64,000 bases of DNA. Origin: Lama guanicoe. Taxonomy: Eukaryota. The first letter of the stretch is position 1. Every line of letters starts with the position of its first letter. Where the stretch lies: assembly GCA_013239625.1 (NCBI GenBank), contig MU054001.1, positions 6,745,078 to 6,809,077 of the forward strand. The letters are read 5' to 3'. Below are positions 62,540 through 64,000 of this stretch, one piece after another. The notes under the pieces are model-generated. The model had not been told where the DNA came from. It searched no databases and saw only the letters and a list, made by a program, of their open reading frames with translations. Position numbers and translations under genes: made by a program.

Positions 62540-64000
62540 CCTGCACGAAGTTAACCAGCTGACCTTATTATGCTTTCATTCATTTTAAAAGCAAACCAAG
62601 TGTATATGGCATCTTTTAAAAAATTATGTAAACGCTGCAAATTTCCTAGGGGTTATTTATAATCTGAAGATTTATTTAAAAAAACCTACTGGACTTGTTA
62701 AAACTACAAATACTAAACCCTCCTCCCCCCATGAAAAAAGCAATTGTTACAAAAATATAAAAAATATACTAGCTTCTACTATTCAACCCTTCCACCAGAA
62801 ATCTCACCGCTCTGGGACTCATCCTGCCTTATACACCATCAACAAGCACAAGTGCAATTTTCTCAATTCTTTTAAGGAAGAAAAAGTTCCAGAACATTCC
62901 CTTTGTTATCTGAGATTGTGGCTGTTTCTTCATAGGGACTGTGATGCCAGTGGGCAGGGCAGTTTGAAGTTTCCTATTACATCCCCTGCATGGACATGGC
63001 ATGGATATGCTTTCAAAGCCCACTCCTTTAGCCTCTTCAGAGTTCCTTCTCCAGCCCCTTCAGATCACTTCAGACCCACTTTGGGACTTGCTGGGCCCCC
63101 AGGCCCCTGAGCTGGCCCTGGCTTCCCTGACCACCCACCCAAGGAGGCTCATGGTAGGAGAGGCCTGCTGCCGCCCACAGAGCCCACTTTCTGGCAGCGT
63201 GGGCCGGGACCCCACGCAGGTTTGCTCCTGCTGGGGAGGCTGCCCTCTTGGTGGATCCCCCCCCCACCCCCCGGGAGACGCCTGATGCTGCAGAACAGTC
63301 TGCAGAGCCTGGGAGGGGAGCCAGCAGCAGACGTGGAGGCAAAACACTTTGCATTAAGTTAAAACACTTTTATAAACTTTGAATCGGATCACGTGTACAC
63401 AGCAGCCAAGCTACCAGGCACTTGGACTGTTTAAGAGCTAGGAAATGACCAAGTTCAGCTTGAAACAACTCAACAAACACTACAAGAGTGGTTACCTGTC
63501 ATCAAGTTCATAAGGATGCCCCTCCCTCACTAGGACATTTTCAGGGTTTCCTTGTCCCTGCTGTCACCAGGGGCCATGTGTATAAAGGCTCACTCAAGTT
63601 CTTGGGGGAGACAGGGTGCTGGGTCACAGTGGATGGATGCACACACCACCAGGCAGGACTCCTCCATGTGAGAGGATATTGCTGGGTGGCCCGCTGTGCC
63701 CCTGGCATCCAGGGAGACCTCTGCACGGGCATCCCAGTCTCGGCATGCTCAAGAGAACCCTTCAGCCTGAAGCCCTCCTGTGTACAGTCCTTACTACCTG
63801 CTGTGTGCTCCCGGGTGGAGACCCTGTTCATCCTGGAGCCTGGCTCACCCCACGTCCTCCCCTGCAGGACACTCTGACCATGTCTGCCACAGCCTAGCCT
63901 GGCCCCCACCGTTCTTGTCTGAGAGGCAGGCTGCCTGCCTCCAGCTCAGAAGGGCCCGGCCTCTCTGAGCCACCAGTGGACTCCAGGTTCTCGGGCTGGA
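62540..64000 (-). other. GPT2: Probable 3' UTR end of the convergent neighbour GPT2
   Basis: Minus-strand AATAAA (TTTATT at 62671-62676) in a UTR-like AU-rich block; GPT2 is tail-to-tail with DNAJA2 in mammals; no coding exon lies in the window. Confidence 0.55.

Noticed and set aside
62829..63968. Cluster of GC-rich short ORFs at the window end
   Set aside because: No alanine-aminotransferase or other recognisable motifs; consistent with 3' UTR sequence

Overview
Mammalian genomic DNA, almost certainly from a camelid (three Vic-1-type tRNA-derived SINEs). The only intact protein-coding gene is DNAJA2 (+ strand, 9 exons, 27069-38959, 412 aa, C-terminal CAAX motif CAHQ), with a CpG-island promoter and a long 3' UTR. 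The last ~1.5 kb looks like the convergent 3' UTR of the neighbouring gene (GPT2 by synteny). Upstream is a 6.5-kb gammaretrovirus-like provirus (10973-17439). It has two LTRs, a tRNA-Thr PBS, HERV-E/ERV3-like gag and integrase, a deletion of NC-PR-RT, an RD114/D-type-like env, and signs of G-to-A hypermutation. The most unexpected observation is a decayed multi-exon gene on the minus strand (about 1750-20637), head-to-head with DNAJA2. It is recognisable from splice sites and phase-compatible exons, I could not identify it, and the provirus sits inside its largest exon. A second, weaker set of exon-like relics lies at about 43.4-50.1 kb. The rest is L1/L2/MIR/MER repeats, solo LTRs, a 3'-truncated 7SK retrocopy and microsatellites. 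Repeat-family names and homology statements come from recalled consensus sequences, not from a search.
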